Shown one piece after another: positions 8,845 through 18,898 of a DNA stretch of 64,000 bases; position 1 is the stretch's first letter; each line of letters starts with the position of its first letter. The stretch is taken from the IMG/VR virus record IMGVR_UViG_3300024346_006511, positions 1 to 64,000 of that record; one strand, 5' to 3'. The stretch comes from a virus. The notes under the pieces are model-generated. The model ran no database searches. It saw nothing but the letters and a program-made list of their open reading frames with translations, and was not told the origin of the DNA. The position numbers and the translations under genes were made by a program.

Positions 8845-9369
8845 TTATTTTACGTTAGGTTTCCCCATCATTACCTTACGGTGCTTCTGTCCTCCAATTA
8901 CTCTATCGTATGAACCATCTTCATGCCATACTATCTCTTTACCTTTTAGAGCATTTCTGACTGTTTCCTCATCGTTTACTATTGCTACTCCTTTTGCTTT
9001 TAGAATATCTAGTATCTTTCCGGAAACCTCTATGTAATAACCATTTTTATTTAAAGTGCTAACTGTCTTAGATACTGCTGCTGATCTAGCAGGCTTTGTA
9101 CCATCATGACCCATCCCTACTAACTTAGTTCCTCCTGATCTCTTCTTAGTCATTATAGCTGCATCATCTTCAGGATCGTCATCCAAGTCAATAACCTCAT
9201 ATCCATCTGCTGCGGTATCGATATCATTAGAGCTTTTGACATTTGGATGACCTCCCAAAGGAGCATAAGCATTATCGATCATTTTAAATAGTTCATCTGA
9301 ATTGTCTTGAACTTCAGCTGAGGATAATGGTCTCCAGTCGTTTTCTAATAGTATTCTAGTTAACTTCAT
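8845..9369 (-). CDS. Hypothetical protein
   Basis: ORF track; TATTTAT at 9386-9392. Confidence 0.7.
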   Translation of the reverse strand: MKLTRILLENDWRPLSSAEVQDNSDELFKMIDNAYAPLGGHPNVKSSNDIDTAADGYEVIDLDDDPEDDAAIMTKKRSGGTKLVGMGHDGTKPARSAAVSKTVSTLNKNGYYIEVSGKILDILKAKGVAIVNDEETVRNALKGKEIVWHEDGSYDRVIGGQKHRKVMMGKPNVK

Positions 9370-9829
9370 CTATTACTAATTTAGTATAAATAGCTTTAAA
9401 AGTATTAAGGTCTGTTCTATGCCCCATACCCTCTACTTCGGTCCAGCTCTTAGCTAGATCCTTGTACACTCTAGTTGCTTTAGGATCAACAACATCATCC
9501 TCAGTACCTACTACAAAGTTTCTTTCCCAATTAGTTTCACCATAAGTAACTCCTTCAGGTTCCATAGATCTACTATGAAGAGCAGGATTAAAGAGAAGTA
9601 CCTCTGTATCTATATGACTACCTAATGCATCGGCAAAATAACCACCCATAGAAGAACCTATAATTAAGTCAGGCTTATCTAACTTAGCTAACTTTAATAA
9701 CGATTCAAACAATGCAAGGTCATTGTAGTTCATATAAGGAGCAAATACTTTATCAGCATTTTCACATAGGAACTCTACCGTCGGACCTCCGACACTAGAC
9801 TCTAAACCGTGTAAATACCAAACATTCAT
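9356..9829 (-). CDS. YqiA/YcfP-family alpha/beta hydrolase (esterase)
   Basis: LHGLES, GSSMGG nucleophile, NPAL, DDVV, GMGH. Confidence 0.85.
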   Translation of the reverse strand: MNVWYLHGLESSVGGPTVEFLCENADKVFAPYMNYNDLALFESLLKLAKLDKPDLIIGSSMGGYFADALGSHIDTEVLLFNPALHSRSMEPEGVTYGETNWERNFVVGTEDDVVDPKATRVYKDLAKSWTEVEGMGHRTDLNTFKAIYTKLVIDEVN

Positions 9830-9880
9830 ATCGTAACCTTTTATACCTAAATATATGAAAAATAACGCAGGGAGGCAACT

Positions 9881-10117
9881 TTAGCTACACTTACTCTTAA
9901 TTTCTTTATACAACTCTTCTGCGTAACCCGCTGGGTCTTCGATGTGTGCTTTGGTAGATTCCATTTTACCTATAAGGCAATTTTTAAAATGCTTACCACT
10001 TTTACCTTTTAGTAAAGTTTCTATTGCACATGCTTTCATCCAAGTTCTTGGATCATTACCTTGAACTGAGGACTTTACGTCGTCAATTGCTATCATACAC
10101 TGTATTGCGTCTGCCAT
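9881..10117 (-). CDS. Hypothetical protein
   Basis: ORF track. Confidence 0.6.
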   Translation of the reverse strand: MADAIQCMIAIDDVKSSVQGNDPRTWMKACAIETLLKGKSGKHFKNCLIGKMESTKAHIEDPAGYAEELYKEIKSKCS

Positions 10118-10120
10118 AAT

Positions 10121-10318
10121 TTATTTGTTTTTGTTTTTCATTCCAAAGTAAGTTCCTAATATTCCTATTATACCTGTAATTGATATTTGTATCAAATGTA
10201 TAATTGATTCATCTACTGGTCTGTTTTCTTTAAGAGAAATAATAAAGTCTCCTATTATTAACATTCCAAGTAAAACGATTATACCTACCGATAAAAGAAA
10301 AACTATCTTATCTTTCAT
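10121..10318 (-). CDS. Small 2-TM membrane protein
   Basis: Two hydrophobic helices, basic tail. Confidence 0.65.
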   Translation of the reverse strand: MKDKIVFLLSVGIIVLLGMLIIGDFIISLKENRPVDESIIHLIQISITGIIGILGTYFGMKNKNK

Positions 10319-10347
10319 TATAATTAGATTGTATTATAATTAGTTTG

Positions 10348-10421
10348 TGAACCGAGCAGGATTCGAACCTGCGACCGTCTGCTTAGAAGGCAGATGCTCT
10401 ATCCAGCTGAGCTATCGGTCC
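10348..10421 (-). tRNA. tRNA-Arg(UCU)
   Basis: GGACCGA/TCGGTTC acceptor stem, AGCTCAGCTGGATAGAGC D-arm, CTGC-CTTCTAA-GCAG anticodon arm, GGTTCGAATCC T-arm; CCA not encoded. Confidence 0.95.
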
Positions 10422-10427
10422 TTACTC

Positions 10428-10700
10428 CTAGAAGTTCTCAGCCAAGATCTTATTAATATCTTCTCTCGACTGCCAACCTCTTACATCATCATCTCCATCA
10501 ACAAGGACCTCAAAGCTTGATGCATCTTCTACTCTTTGACATTCAGCTCTGTTACCAGCTCTAGATGAACTGTACATACCATCACCACATACGATTGATA
10601 TACTCTTACCGCCTTTCTTTTTCGACCCTTTTATTTGAGTCATAATAGCTCCTTTAATATGAGGGTGATCTAAGAATAATAAATTATCAAATGTTATCAT
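10428..10700 (-). CDS. Hypothetical protein
   Basis: ORF track. Confidence 0.65.
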   Translation of the reverse strand: MITFDNLLFLDHPHIKGAIMTQIKGSKKKGGKSISIVCGDGMYSSSRAGNRAECQRVEDASSFEVLVDGDDDVRGWQSREDINKILAENF

Positions 10701-10711
10701 AACTTTTATTT

Positions 10712-11491
10712 TTAAGCGTTAACTACGTTATCTCTATATTGCCATATTAATGAATCAACATTACTCATACGAACCTTTTCATATACTACAGGCTCTCTAT
10801 CGTATACTTTAAGCTCTATGTTACAAGACTTACCTGAAGCAGTCTTACTTACTATCCTAGCAGAGTCAATACCTCTTATAGTCCAGTCCCATTTAATATC
10901 CATAGAACCTTTCTTTCCTTCTTCGAATACTAATCCTTTACCTTCAAGCAATTCTGTAGCTTCATCAATTTCAATAGTATTAATCTCATTCTTTAAGTTA
11001 GTAATAGAAGACTCTACTTTATAAACTTCGGTTCTAGCATCGTCTATTTCTTCTTTATTAGTTAACCTAACAGTATTCATTTCAGCTAATAAATCATCTC
11101 CATGATCTAAAAGTACTTTAGCTACTTCTCCGTTAGTAAAGATTCGTTCTAACTCCCATTGAGAATTATCTGAAGTAGAGTAAAGACTAGTTTCAATACT
11201 ATCAAACTCGCTAGTTTTCCAATCTTCATGGAATCTAATAGTCATTAATTCTTTATCGTAATTGTAGTCTTTGTTAGGTCTCTTAATCTCATAAGAACCT
11301 CCTGAGTATCCATAAGTTGGTTTAGAGATATATACATCGTCTAAGGTAAACTCACCTCCGAAGTATTTCTGCATTACGTTAAACATAGCATCAACTCTGC
11401 TATCTTCTAACTTCTTTTTAGTAACGTTTAACTTTTCTAATAATTCTTGCTTCTTAACGATGATCTCGTTGATAATTTCAATTTTTGTCAT
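10712..11491 (-). CDS. Hypothetical coiled-coil protein
   Basis: Promoter cassette upstream. Confidence 0.75.
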   Translation of the reverse strand: MTKIEIINEIIVKKQELLEKLNVTKKKLEDSRVDAMFNVMQKYFGGEFTLDDVYISKPTYGYSGGSYEIKRPNKDYNYDKELMTIRFHEDWKTSEFDSIETSLYSTSDNSQWELERIFTNGEVAKVLLDHGDDLLAEMNTVRLTNKEEIDDARTEVYKVESSITNLKNEINTIEIDEATELLEGKGLVFEEGKKGSMDIKWDWTIRGIDSARIVSKTASGKSCNIELKVYDREPVVYEKVRMSNVDSLIWQYRDNVVNA

Positions 11492-11549
11492 AACCTTTAT
11501 TTGTCTTATTAATATACCTTAATATACGAAAATTTAAGTTCCTAGGCAA

Positions 11550-12068
11550 CTAAATCAATGTATTCTTTTCAATTAAGTTACCTTTTTTCGTCCACACAAC
11601 TAAGCAGTTTCTATAACCTTCTTCTACTAGAGTTAGCTCATGAGGAACATTAGAACCGAATATTACAGTTGTACCAACTTCTTTACTTACTACTTTATCT
11701 CTAACGATTAAATCACCTCCTTTATAAACTTCTTCAGGAGTTAATTGAATAATACAAGTCTTATGTCTTTCAGGACCATCTATATGTTTGGTAAAAAACC
11801 CTCCTTTGAAATACCTTACGTAGTTTAAGAATGCTCCATCTAAGTTTTGAAATCCTATAGGTTTTAATTTCTCTAATAGAAAGTCTTTTAATGGACCTTC
11901 TGGTTGACCTAGTTCACATTGCTCTGATATTCTCTCTTTATCGTTCTTTATCCTAGTCAGCTCAGGTGATCTATTCCAATCATAAGAAACAGTACTTTCG
12001 TGGTAATCAGTAGCATGATCTAATAACCAATTACATTCTTCTTCTGTAAATAATAATTGCTCTTCCAT
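11550..12068 (-). CDS. 2OG-Fe(II) oxygenase (prolyl-hydroxylase-like)
   Basis: FTEEEC, HID, GGDL, PHEL, RNCLVVW. Confidence 0.85.
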   Translation of the reverse strand: MEEQLLFTEEECNWLLDHATDYHESTVSYDWNRSPELTRIKNDKERISEQCELGQPEGPLKDFLLEKLKPIGFQNLDGAFLNYVRYFKGGFFTKHIDGPERHKTCIIQLTPEEVYKGGDLIVRDKVVSKEVGTTVIFGSNVPHELTLVEEGYRNCLVVWTKKGNLIEKNTLI

Positions 12069-12793
12069 TAACCGAATATTTCTACTCTAATATCTTTTTG
12101 CATTTTGAATCCCATTGCATCTAATTTTATCCTTCCCTCAGTAATCATTCGATCCCATCCACAGAAGTAGACTAATGGTTTATCATCAGTATTGATATCA
12201 TTTAGGTAATGTTCGTGAACGTGTCCTTTCCTAAAACCTAGTTTATCTTCTTGTGACAGAGTAGGTATATAGTTAAAGTTAGGTAACTCTTTAGCTATCT
12301 TTTCAAACTCTTGTCGATACAGTAAATCAGATTCTCTTCTAGTACCAAAATATAGATTAATTTTCTTAAAAGGTATCTTCTTATTGTAAATATTATTTAT
12401 CATTGAACGAAAAGGACTAACTCCTGAACCTGTTGATACAAAATAGATATCTCTCTCTAGTAGATTATCAGGAAGAGTAAATACTCCCATAGGACCTCTG
12501 TAGATAATTTCGTCTCCAATCTTTGCTTCATTAAATAAATAATCTGACATTTTACCTCCTGGAAGATATGTTACTATAAGTTCAAACTTATTAGTATTGT
12601 CTGGGTATGAAGCAACAGAATAGTTTCTAGTAAGCCAATCACCTCCAGAACCCCATTTGTCATTCCAGGGTATACCTATCTGTACTAGTTGACCAGGGAT
12701 GAAGGTAATATTATCGTATAGAGGAGATTCAAATATAAACCTCCAGTTCATTTTTGTCTCTTTAATTATGTCTACTAAAACTGCTACGTTCAT
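12068..12793 (-). CDS. FAD/NAD(P)-binding oxidoreductase (ferredoxin-NADP reductase family)
   Basis: PGQ, RNYS, GKMS, GPMG, STGSGVSPF, YFCG. Confidence 0.9.
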   Translation of the reverse strand: MNVAVLVDIIKETKMNWRFIFESPLYDNITFIPGQLVQIGIPWNDKWGSGGDWLTRNYSVASYPDNTNKFELIVTYLPGGKMSDYLFNEAKIGDEIIYRGPMGVFTLPDNLLERDIYFVSTGSGVSPFRSMINNIYNKKIPFKKINLYFGTRRESDLLYRQEFEKIAKELPNFNYIPTLSQEDKLGFRKGHVHEHYLNDINTDDKPLVYFCGWDRMITEGRIKLDAMGFKMQKDIRVEIFG

Positions 12794-12993
12794 TATAAAA
12801 TGTTTCTTATGAATTCTGTTATGAATATTAATACAAATACCGGCCAGAGTAAAACTTGTGATGCAGCTTCACGGAATGTAAACCTCTCACCCATCCTACC
12901 TTCAAAATGTTTAATGGTATAGTACTCTAACCAGTCTTTCCATACCATTCCAATCAGAATGTATATTAGTAATTTAGATATTATATAAATCAT
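12793..12993 (-). CDS. Small membrane protein
   Basis: Hydrophobic termini, LLWP. Confidence 0.55.
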   Translation of the reverse strand: MIYIISKLLIYILIGMVWKDWLEYYTIKHFEGRMGERFTFREAASQVLLWPVFVLIFITEFIRNIL

Positions 12994-13742
12994 AAGCTTT
13001 TTATTTTTTTAGTTAGGTAATTAGCAAATAAGTGATTTCCTTCCCAACTCCAATGAAAATCACCTATTTTACCTTTTGTTGCAGTATTAATTGTCTCAAA
13101 TTTGCCAGCGATATCGGGTAAGTCCCACAGATAACACTTCACTCCTTTTGTTGCTAGGTACTCCGTTACTAACTTAACTCTAAAAGTATGTTCACTTCTA
13201 ATATGAAGATTGTTAGGAGATTTATAATTAGCATTGTAGTTGTATACAGCACTCAACATATCCTCTGGTGTTCTTGTATGTATAGCAATTTCTTTACGGT
13301 ACTGTTCGAATTTTTGAGTACTAGGAAATATGTTGTAGTATCGCGGTGAGTAATGCCCACCAGCCGTTGGAATGCTAGTAGTAGTACAGTATGTAGGTTT
13401 ACCTTTGCAACCAGTTTCTTCTTCAGTTGAAGTTAAAGTTTTTCTAGAAGCGATGCCATGAACAAAGTCCGTACGTTCAATAAAGCCTATAGAGACAATA
13501 ACCATATCTCCTTTCTTAAACTTACCTAAATCTGCTAGAAGCTTATAAAAGACTGTATCATTAGATAATCCTCCGACTCCTTGATTAACTACTTTATCAG
13601 CTTTAAAATTATCTCCTAAAGTATCTAACCAGAACTTATATCCATTAGGGTTAGGTATGTTAACCTTCTTATCATCTCTTATTAAAGGTATTCTAGTTCC
13701 ATCTCCTGCTGTAAAGCTATCTCCGTATCCGTATAGAGTCAT
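12990..13742 (-). CDS. SGNH/GDSL-like hydrolase-fold protein
   Basis: GDSFTAG, NQGVGGLSN, DFHWS. Confidence 0.7.
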   Translation of the reverse strand: MTLYGYGDSFTAGDGTRIPLIRDDKKVNIPNPNGYKFWLDTLGDNFKADKVVNQGVGGLSNDTVFYKLLADLGKFKKGDMVIVSIGFIERTDFVHGIASRKTLTSTEEETGCKGKPTYCTTTSIPTAGGHYSPRYYNIFPSTQKFEQYRKEIAIHTRTPEDMLSAVYNYNANYKSPNNLHIRSEHTFRVKLVTEYLATKGVKCYLWDLPDIAGKFETINTATKGKIGDFHWSWEGNHLFANYLTKKIKSL

Positions 13743-13745
13743 ATA

Positions 13746-14111
13746 TTATGTTGTTGTAGTTTTCCAAAATACTTGTATGCAAATCAATACCATACATAGA
13801 GCTAAACTAACCCATGTCTTAGAGTTCATTCCTTCAGCAAAGTGATAATTAATCATTAATGCATATAGAAACATACCAATGCTAAATCCTATAAATCTAG
13901 CTGGCCATAGTAGACCATTCATTCCGGAAACTGTATACTTAGTTCCATAAATGTAGAAGTAAGATAGTATAATACCAGCTGCTGCTACCCAAAACTCGTT
14001 CTTTCTAAACCAATCAGTCTTAAGAAATTGACCATTTAGTTGATAGAAAGTTAGCAGGTGGGCACCTAAGAACGCTAGGCACCCAATAGCCAAATCAGTA
14101 AATTTAAGCAT
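13746..14111 (-). CDS. Multi-TM membrane protein
   Basis: About 4 hydrophobic helices. Confidence 0.7.
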   Translation of the reverse strand: MLKFTDLAIGCLAFLGAHLLTFYQLNGQFLKTDWFRKNEFWVAAAGIILSYFYIYGTKYTVSGMNGLLWPARFIGFSIGMFLYALMINYHFAEGMNSKTWVSLALCMVLICIQVFWKTTTT

Positions 14112-14292
14112 AGATTGTAAATCGTTCGGTGTTAGTCTTATTAATTAATTTTCTAAAGATCGTTCGGCCTTTTGGTTTCCGTGATAGTTGCTCGTAAGTA
14201 TATCCGTCGATGTTTATGTGTTCACCGGGGATTACTAATTCGGAAGTTTTTGCGTTGATCTTCAATCGGGATAAGAAATACTTTTCAATCAT
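14104..14292 (-). CDS. Hypothetical protein
   Basis: Class 1 promoter upstream. Confidence 0.55.
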   Translation of the reverse strand: MIEKYFLSRLKINAKTSELVIPGEHINIDGYTYEQLSRKPKGRTIFRKLINKTNTERFTIYA

Positions 14293-14336
14293 ATAACATT
14301 TGTTTAATTATTAATAATATGTAAAGATAAGAAATA

Positions 14337-14744
14337 TTAAGCAGGATTCAAACTGTCTGCTATTAATCTTTTAAATTTAGTTGTTGACCAACCATGGTCT
14401 CTATTCATATAGTGAATAGGTATTTTTAAATTGTCTCCAGTGAATGGTTTGTTAATATAATCATCACCTAAGAATCTTATATCAAACTCACCCATCTTAA
14501 GCAAATCTAATAACTGTTCTTCATATGTATACCTAATAACATCGTCTACATATTTAAGACTCTCTAACATTTCTTTTCTTTCGCTTGATGAAAGAATAGG
14601 TCTCAATTTATGAGGTCTTTCTATCGAAGGGTCAGTATGTAAGAGTACGATTAGACAATCACAATTCTCTTTCATCTCTTTAAACATCGCAATGTACCCT
14701 GGATGTAGAACGTCGAAGTTCCCTGCTATTACTCCCTTAGACAT
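14337..14744 (-). CDS. Cytidylyltransferase-like (TagD family)
   Basis: GNFDVLHPGY, ER..ML..LKYVD, GDDY, STT. Confidence 0.85.
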   Translation of the reverse strand: MSKGVIAGNFDVLHPGYIAMFKEMKENCDCLIVLLHTDPSIERPHKLRPILSSSERKEMLESLKYVDDVIRYTYEEQLLDLLKMGEFDIRFLGDDYINKPFTGDNLKIPIHYMNRDHGWSTTKFKRLIADSLNPA

Positions 14745-15045
14745 TAGAAAAGAAATGTATTGTCCATGCGATTAATCCGTTAAGCTGAAGAACTACTAAG
14801 TTCCATTGTCTTCTAACTGATACTTGAATAAGCACACAGCAGAAACCTAGCATATACATCATAGGCTCTAATGTCCATTGACCTGCTATTAAAAATCCTA
14901 CTCCCATATAACCAATTCGAGTACCTAACCTTTGGGTGGGTGATAACCTCTTATCCCTTACCATCTGGCGTAGTATTGATCTCCACCAGCTCTTAAAATT
15001 ATTCATGCTTACAGTTTTTATCATGCTTATTAAACCAGCCACCAC
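14737..15045 (-). CDS. Membrane protein (start probably ~15006)
   Basis: Hydrophobic helices. Confidence 0.6.
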   Translation of the reverse strand: MVAGLISMIKTVSMNNFKSWWRSILRQMVRDKRLSPTQRLGTRIGYMGVGFLIAGQWTLEPMMYMLGFCCVLIQVSVRRQWNLVVLQLNGLIAWTIHFFSNV

Positions 15046-15179
15046 ATTTACATTTAATCCAGTAGGCGGTTGTTGCTATAAATGGCGATCCTGCCATTGC
15101 TGTCCATATATTAGGATGCCAGTGTTCTCCACAGAATCCAAGTGTGTGTCTAATTACTTCAATCATAGAATAATAAATA

Positions 15180-15377
15180 TCATTCGATTATCTCAACATC
15201 AGTCCAAGCAGCTAAATGAACTACTTCTCCATTATCTCTAGTACAGTAACTATACATTCCGTCTATATTTCTAAAGTTAAGAATCTCTCCTCCCTCTACC
15301 ATAGGTGAAGCAGGAGGGATTTTTATATCCCCCACTACTTTAATCCTACTATTTCTAGGTACGTTATAAAGCTCCAT
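15180..15377 (-). CDS. Hypothetical protein
   Basis: ORF track. Confidence 0.65.
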   Translation of the reverse strand: MELYNVPRNSRIKVVGDIKIPPASPMVEGGEILNFRNIDGMYSYCTRDNGEVVHLAAWTDVEIIE

Positions 15378-16219
15378 TATACTAAAGCAGTTGCTAGTTT
15401 AAATAACTCTTTATTGACCTTAAGATCTTTTTCAAAAGACTTAATCTTTCTAACCTTTCTAACTTTAGCTCCAGTTAAAGCAGCATGAAAGTCTCCTTGA
15501 GTAATCTTCTCTTGGATAACGTTAAAGACTTTCCATAGATCACTTCCTTCATCTTCTTTCCTTTTAGGATCTAAGATGTCGATAATAGTCTCATCATCGT
15601 AGTTAAACTTCTTAGCTTTTTCTGAACCTGGAGTTATACCAGCTCTTACTAACATAGCATCTAAAGCTAACTTGTTCTTCTCTTCTTGAGTTAAGATTCT
15701 ATTCTTCATTTGATTAAGAACCTCTACTTTATTCGGAAGATCTTCAACAGCTTGATTAACAACTCCTCTAAGCTCTTCAAAAGTATAACCTTTATGTTTG
15801 ATCTTAAAATCAGAAAACTGTTCATCAGCAACTACAAGTCCATTAGAACAAACTAATCTAAAGATACCAACACTAAACTTAAATGCTTGCATACCGTCAT
15901 GAGAGTTAGTCATGATAATTCTAGGAAAAGAATCATCTCCATCTTTACCTTTAATCTTTAACTCAGGGTTCTGGAAAGCAATCATATGCTTACTAAAGAT
16001 AGTAGAGCCTCCTCTACCTTTTCTTTGAGCTGCTTGAACTGGTTTCCAACCTAATTTATCTAAATCATCTATAATCGTTTCTGTATTAACGAATAGATAT
16101 TTTTTACTAACCTCTGGGTTAGTAGGTGCTTGAGCGAATGCTAACGGACATGATTCCATTAGTTGCTCCTTAGTCATATAAGACTGCTTTTCATTGAAAC
16201 TTAACATTACATCTGCCAT
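15377..16219 (-). CDS. DUF932/DUF945-family protein
   Basis: NSHDG...GIFRLVCSNGL, DLW.VFN.IQE. Confidence 0.85.
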   Translation of the reverse strand: MADVMLSFNEKQSYMTKEQLMESCPLAFAQAPTNPEVSKKYLFVNTETIIDDLDKLGWKPVQAAQRKGRGGSTIFSKHMIAFQNPELKIKGKDGDDSFPRIIMTNSHDGMQAFKFSVGIFRLVCSNGLVVADEQFSDFKIKHKGYTFEELRGVVNQAVEDLPNKVEVLNQMKNRILTQEEKNKLALDAMLVRAGITPGSEKAKKFNYDDETIIDILDPKRKEDEGSDLWKVFNVIQEKITQGDFHAALTGAKVRKVRKIKSFEKDLKVNKELFKLATALV

Positions 16220-16293
16220 AATAATAACCTTTTTTAATTTATATTAGTAACTTATTTATACTTAAATATAAGAAAAATTAAGTTCCTAGGCAA

Positions 16294-17493
16294 CTAAAGT
16301 AACAGTTTTTTCCTAGTAAATCCATAATAATCTGTAAATAAGTAATCACCTGTTAGCCTCTCATATTCTGCTTCACCAAGTGTAAGTTTAGTTCTCTTAC
16401 TCTTACCTAAATAAGCTTTAGTAACATCCAAAACAGCATCTTCTCCAAAGTACTTCTTTAAAGTATAGATTGTCATTGCCTGATACATTAGTACGTCTTT
16501 GTTGAACCCTCCTATATGAGCTAATTTATGCTTAGTTAGGTCAAGTATGTTACATAAGTCTTCATCAGATGTAATATTGTACTTTCTCTTATGAAAGTCG
16601 TAACATTCATTACAGGAGTAATGATTAACAAAAGTAAAAGGATACTTCATAGGTTCCTCACAGTACACTTTCTCTTCGAAGTTTATTGTATCTATTTCAG
16701 GTACTTCGATTAGTTCATGCCTAGCTAATAGAAATGAATCTTTTCCGTTCTTATCCTTATGAGCTAATTGTGCTGCTCTATATTCAGGACTGTATTCAGA
16801 TAAGTACAAAGGAACTACTAGCTGCTCTATAAAGCATGCTGAGTTCCAATCAGTAAGTATCTCTCTATTGTTGTTAGCTATCCATATTGCTTTCTCTACA
16901 GCTAATTTAAATGTCTCTGTATCCTTTACTCCTACTATATTCATATTAGGAATCAGTTCTGGAAATATAAGGTCAGTAGGGAACCTTGTTGGAAGTTTTA
17001 ATGTGTATAAGTATTTTAAGTAGGTAGAAAATATATCGTGAAACCATCTATCTTGTAAGAACCTATGAAGAGCTTTATGCTTCTTTCCTCCTTTAATATA
17101 CCCATCCTTTCTAAATCCTATTCTATTTTTATCTGGATGAGAGAATAAGAAAGGAGATGTTTTATCATAAATGTCTAGCTTAGTACCGACTATCGTATCT
17201 AAATCAAAATGTATAAATGGATCGTCCTGAGCTAGAAATGCTTGAAGTTTTACCTCTGAAAATATTTGTGCTTTTTCCTCTGCTAATACCTCTACGTCAT
17301 ATTCATAAGGAAACTTCATAAGTTCAAAAGCTGCTTTATGATGCTTATTAGTATACAGAGTAACTTTACCGTAGTGTTTTTTTAAGAGGAGTGAACTAAG
17401 CTTAGCTATGTACGCGTAACTTTTATTTATAGGCATAGCTATTTTAGGATCTCTATAGTTAATAAAGCTCTGTATAATATTAACTTTCTTCAT
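16294..17493 (-). CDS. DUF6734-like protein (possible glycosyltransferase fold)
   Basis: IIQSF, LYT, KL.AF..QDDPFIHFDLD, IEQ. Confidence 0.6.
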   Translation of the reverse strand: MKKVNIIQSFINYRDPKIAMPINKSYAYIAKLSSLLLKKHYGKVTLYTNKHHKAAFELMKFPYEYDVEVLAEEKAQIFSEVKLQAFLAQDDPFIHFDLDTIVGTKLDIYDKTSPFLFSHPDKNRIGFRKDGYIKGGKKHKALHRFLQDRWFHDIFSTYLKYLYTLKLPTRFPTDLIFPELIPNMNIVGVKDTETFKLAVEKAIWIANNNREILTDWNSACFIEQLVVPLYLSEYSPEYRAAQLAHKDKNGKDSFLLARHELIEVPEIDTINFEEKVYCEEPMKYPFTFVNHYSCNECYDFHKRKYNITSDEDLCNILDLTKHKLAHIGGFNKDVLMYQAMTIYTLKKYFGEDAVLDVTKAYLGKSKRTKLTLGEAEYERLTGDYLFTDYYGFTRKKLLL

Positions 17494-17494
17494 C

Positions 17495-17794
17495 CTAGTA
17501 GAGTTTAACTGCTTCTAAAAGCTTCCAAGTATCAATAGCTTTATCTGGATCACTTGAGTTTTCATGGTAGTGCTGTAAGCAAGAGGTAAGAGCTGTTTCC
17601 CATTCTACACTATTCAGAGATATTACGTAAGCATTCTCAACATTAACAAAACTTACTTCAAATAGATCAGCTACCTTCTTACGTTTCATCATAGCATCTT
17701 GTATACATTCTACTATAACATCAGTAATTGCTTCTGTTTTAGTTCTAAATAGAGTATCAAATTCTTCCGGGTTTTCGAATTGTATTTTTTTCAT
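17495..17794 (-). CDS. Hypothetical protein
   Basis: ORF track. Confidence 0.65.
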   Translation of the reverse strand: MKKIQFENPEEFDTLFRTKTEAITDVIVECIQDAMMKRKKVADLFEVSFVNVENAYVISLNSVEWETALTSCLQHYHENSSDPDKAIDTWKLLEAVKLY

Positions 17795-18123
17795 TATCCT
17801 CTGCTTCCTGATACCTTATTAGCATTTTCGTAATAAGGACTATTAACTATCTTTTCATTCCATTCTCTTTCTACTTCGATATTAGTACCGAACATATACA
17901 AAGGTAAATGATTACAGTCTACAGTAATGAACTTGATATCTTTCATATCTTTCATACCTAAACCTGGTTGACGTTCTGGTTTAGAATAACGTCTATTACC
18001 GTCAAATGATCTAAACTCTCTAGAAGTAACTCTATACCAGTTCTCTTTTATCTTAACCTCCAGTACTGCTTCGGTAGGAAAGTCATATCTCATCTTCTCA
18101 AGATGACCTCTTTTTTCTGCCAT
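17794..18123 (-). CDS. Hypothetical protein
   Basis: Promoter cassette upstream. Confidence 0.7.
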   Translation of the reverse strand: MAEKRGHLEKMRYDFPTEAVLEVKIKENWYRVTSREFRSFDGNRRYSKPERQPGLGMKDMKDIKFITVDCNHLPLYMFGTNIEVEREWNEKIVNSPYYENANKVSGSRG

Positions 18124-18160
18124 AACCTTTATTTATTTATTATACCTTAAGATAAGAAAA

Positions 18161-18898
18161 TTAATGCATATCTGCAACTAAATTAAATATATTTTGCCCT
18201 AATACTTTTTGTACTCCTGCATCATAATGTCTTCCATCAAATCGTCTCCAATATAAAGAAGTACCTAGCATCGATTCAAAGTTACCTTCATGAAGTAATA
18301 GAGGTCTTAAATCTATCCAATAGGGGTTAAGCTCTGCATCATATAAACTTTCCGGAAACTCTTCAGGGTGAAGTATAACTAATCTACCTCCTCTATTTTC
18401 TACAAACTCTTTAATTAACATAATAGACTGAGCTATATGTGTTATGCTTATGTTTTTTAGTTTAGTGCCATTCTGTCTGAATGTTATATTAGCATTAGAA
18501 TTGCCAACGCCTAAAATAACTATAGAATCCCTTAGGTCCATATCCTCACAGTTACTAGCAAAGAAAGGAAGTACTCCTTCTATGTCAGAATCTTTAGTAC
18601 TGTAGTTTTCTAATGTACAATTAGGAATAAGTTTAACTAGATGTGCTCCCCAAGATTGTGTTTTACGTAATTTAATTACTTCCTCACTATTTTTTAATAG
18701 CTTTTCATACATTGCACCATAGAACTCTTGATGCAGCTTAGGAAACTCGTTTGGTTTAGCAGTCTTTATTTTTAATTTCCAATTGTTAGCTCTGTACTCA
18801 TTAGGAATAGGACCTAAATGACCGTAAATACCTGGCCATTCAGCTCCATCTCCTCTAGCGTGTGAGTCTCCAATAATTATTAATCTCTTATACTCCAT
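18161..18898 (-). CDS. SGNH/GDSL-like hydrolase-fold protein
   Basis: IIGDSHARG, DGRHY. Confidence 0.55.
   Translation of the reverse strand: MEYKRLIIIGDSHARGDGAEWPGIYGHLGPIPNEYRANNWKLKIKTAKPNEFPKLHQEFYGAMYEKLLKNSEEVIKLRKTQSWGAHLVKLIPNCTLENYSTKDSDIEGVLPFFASNCEDMDLRDSIVILGVGNSNANITFRQNGTKLKNISITHIAQSIMLIKEFVENRGGRLVILHPEEFPESLYDAELNPYWIDLRPLLLHEGNFESMLGTSLYWRRFDGRHYDAGVQKVLGQNIFNLVADMH

Noticed and set aside
10319-10427. tRNA-associated theta/HDV-like ribozyme or integration site
   Set aside because: Flanks are short and AT-rich; no nested pseudoknot or duplicated tRNA 3' end seen
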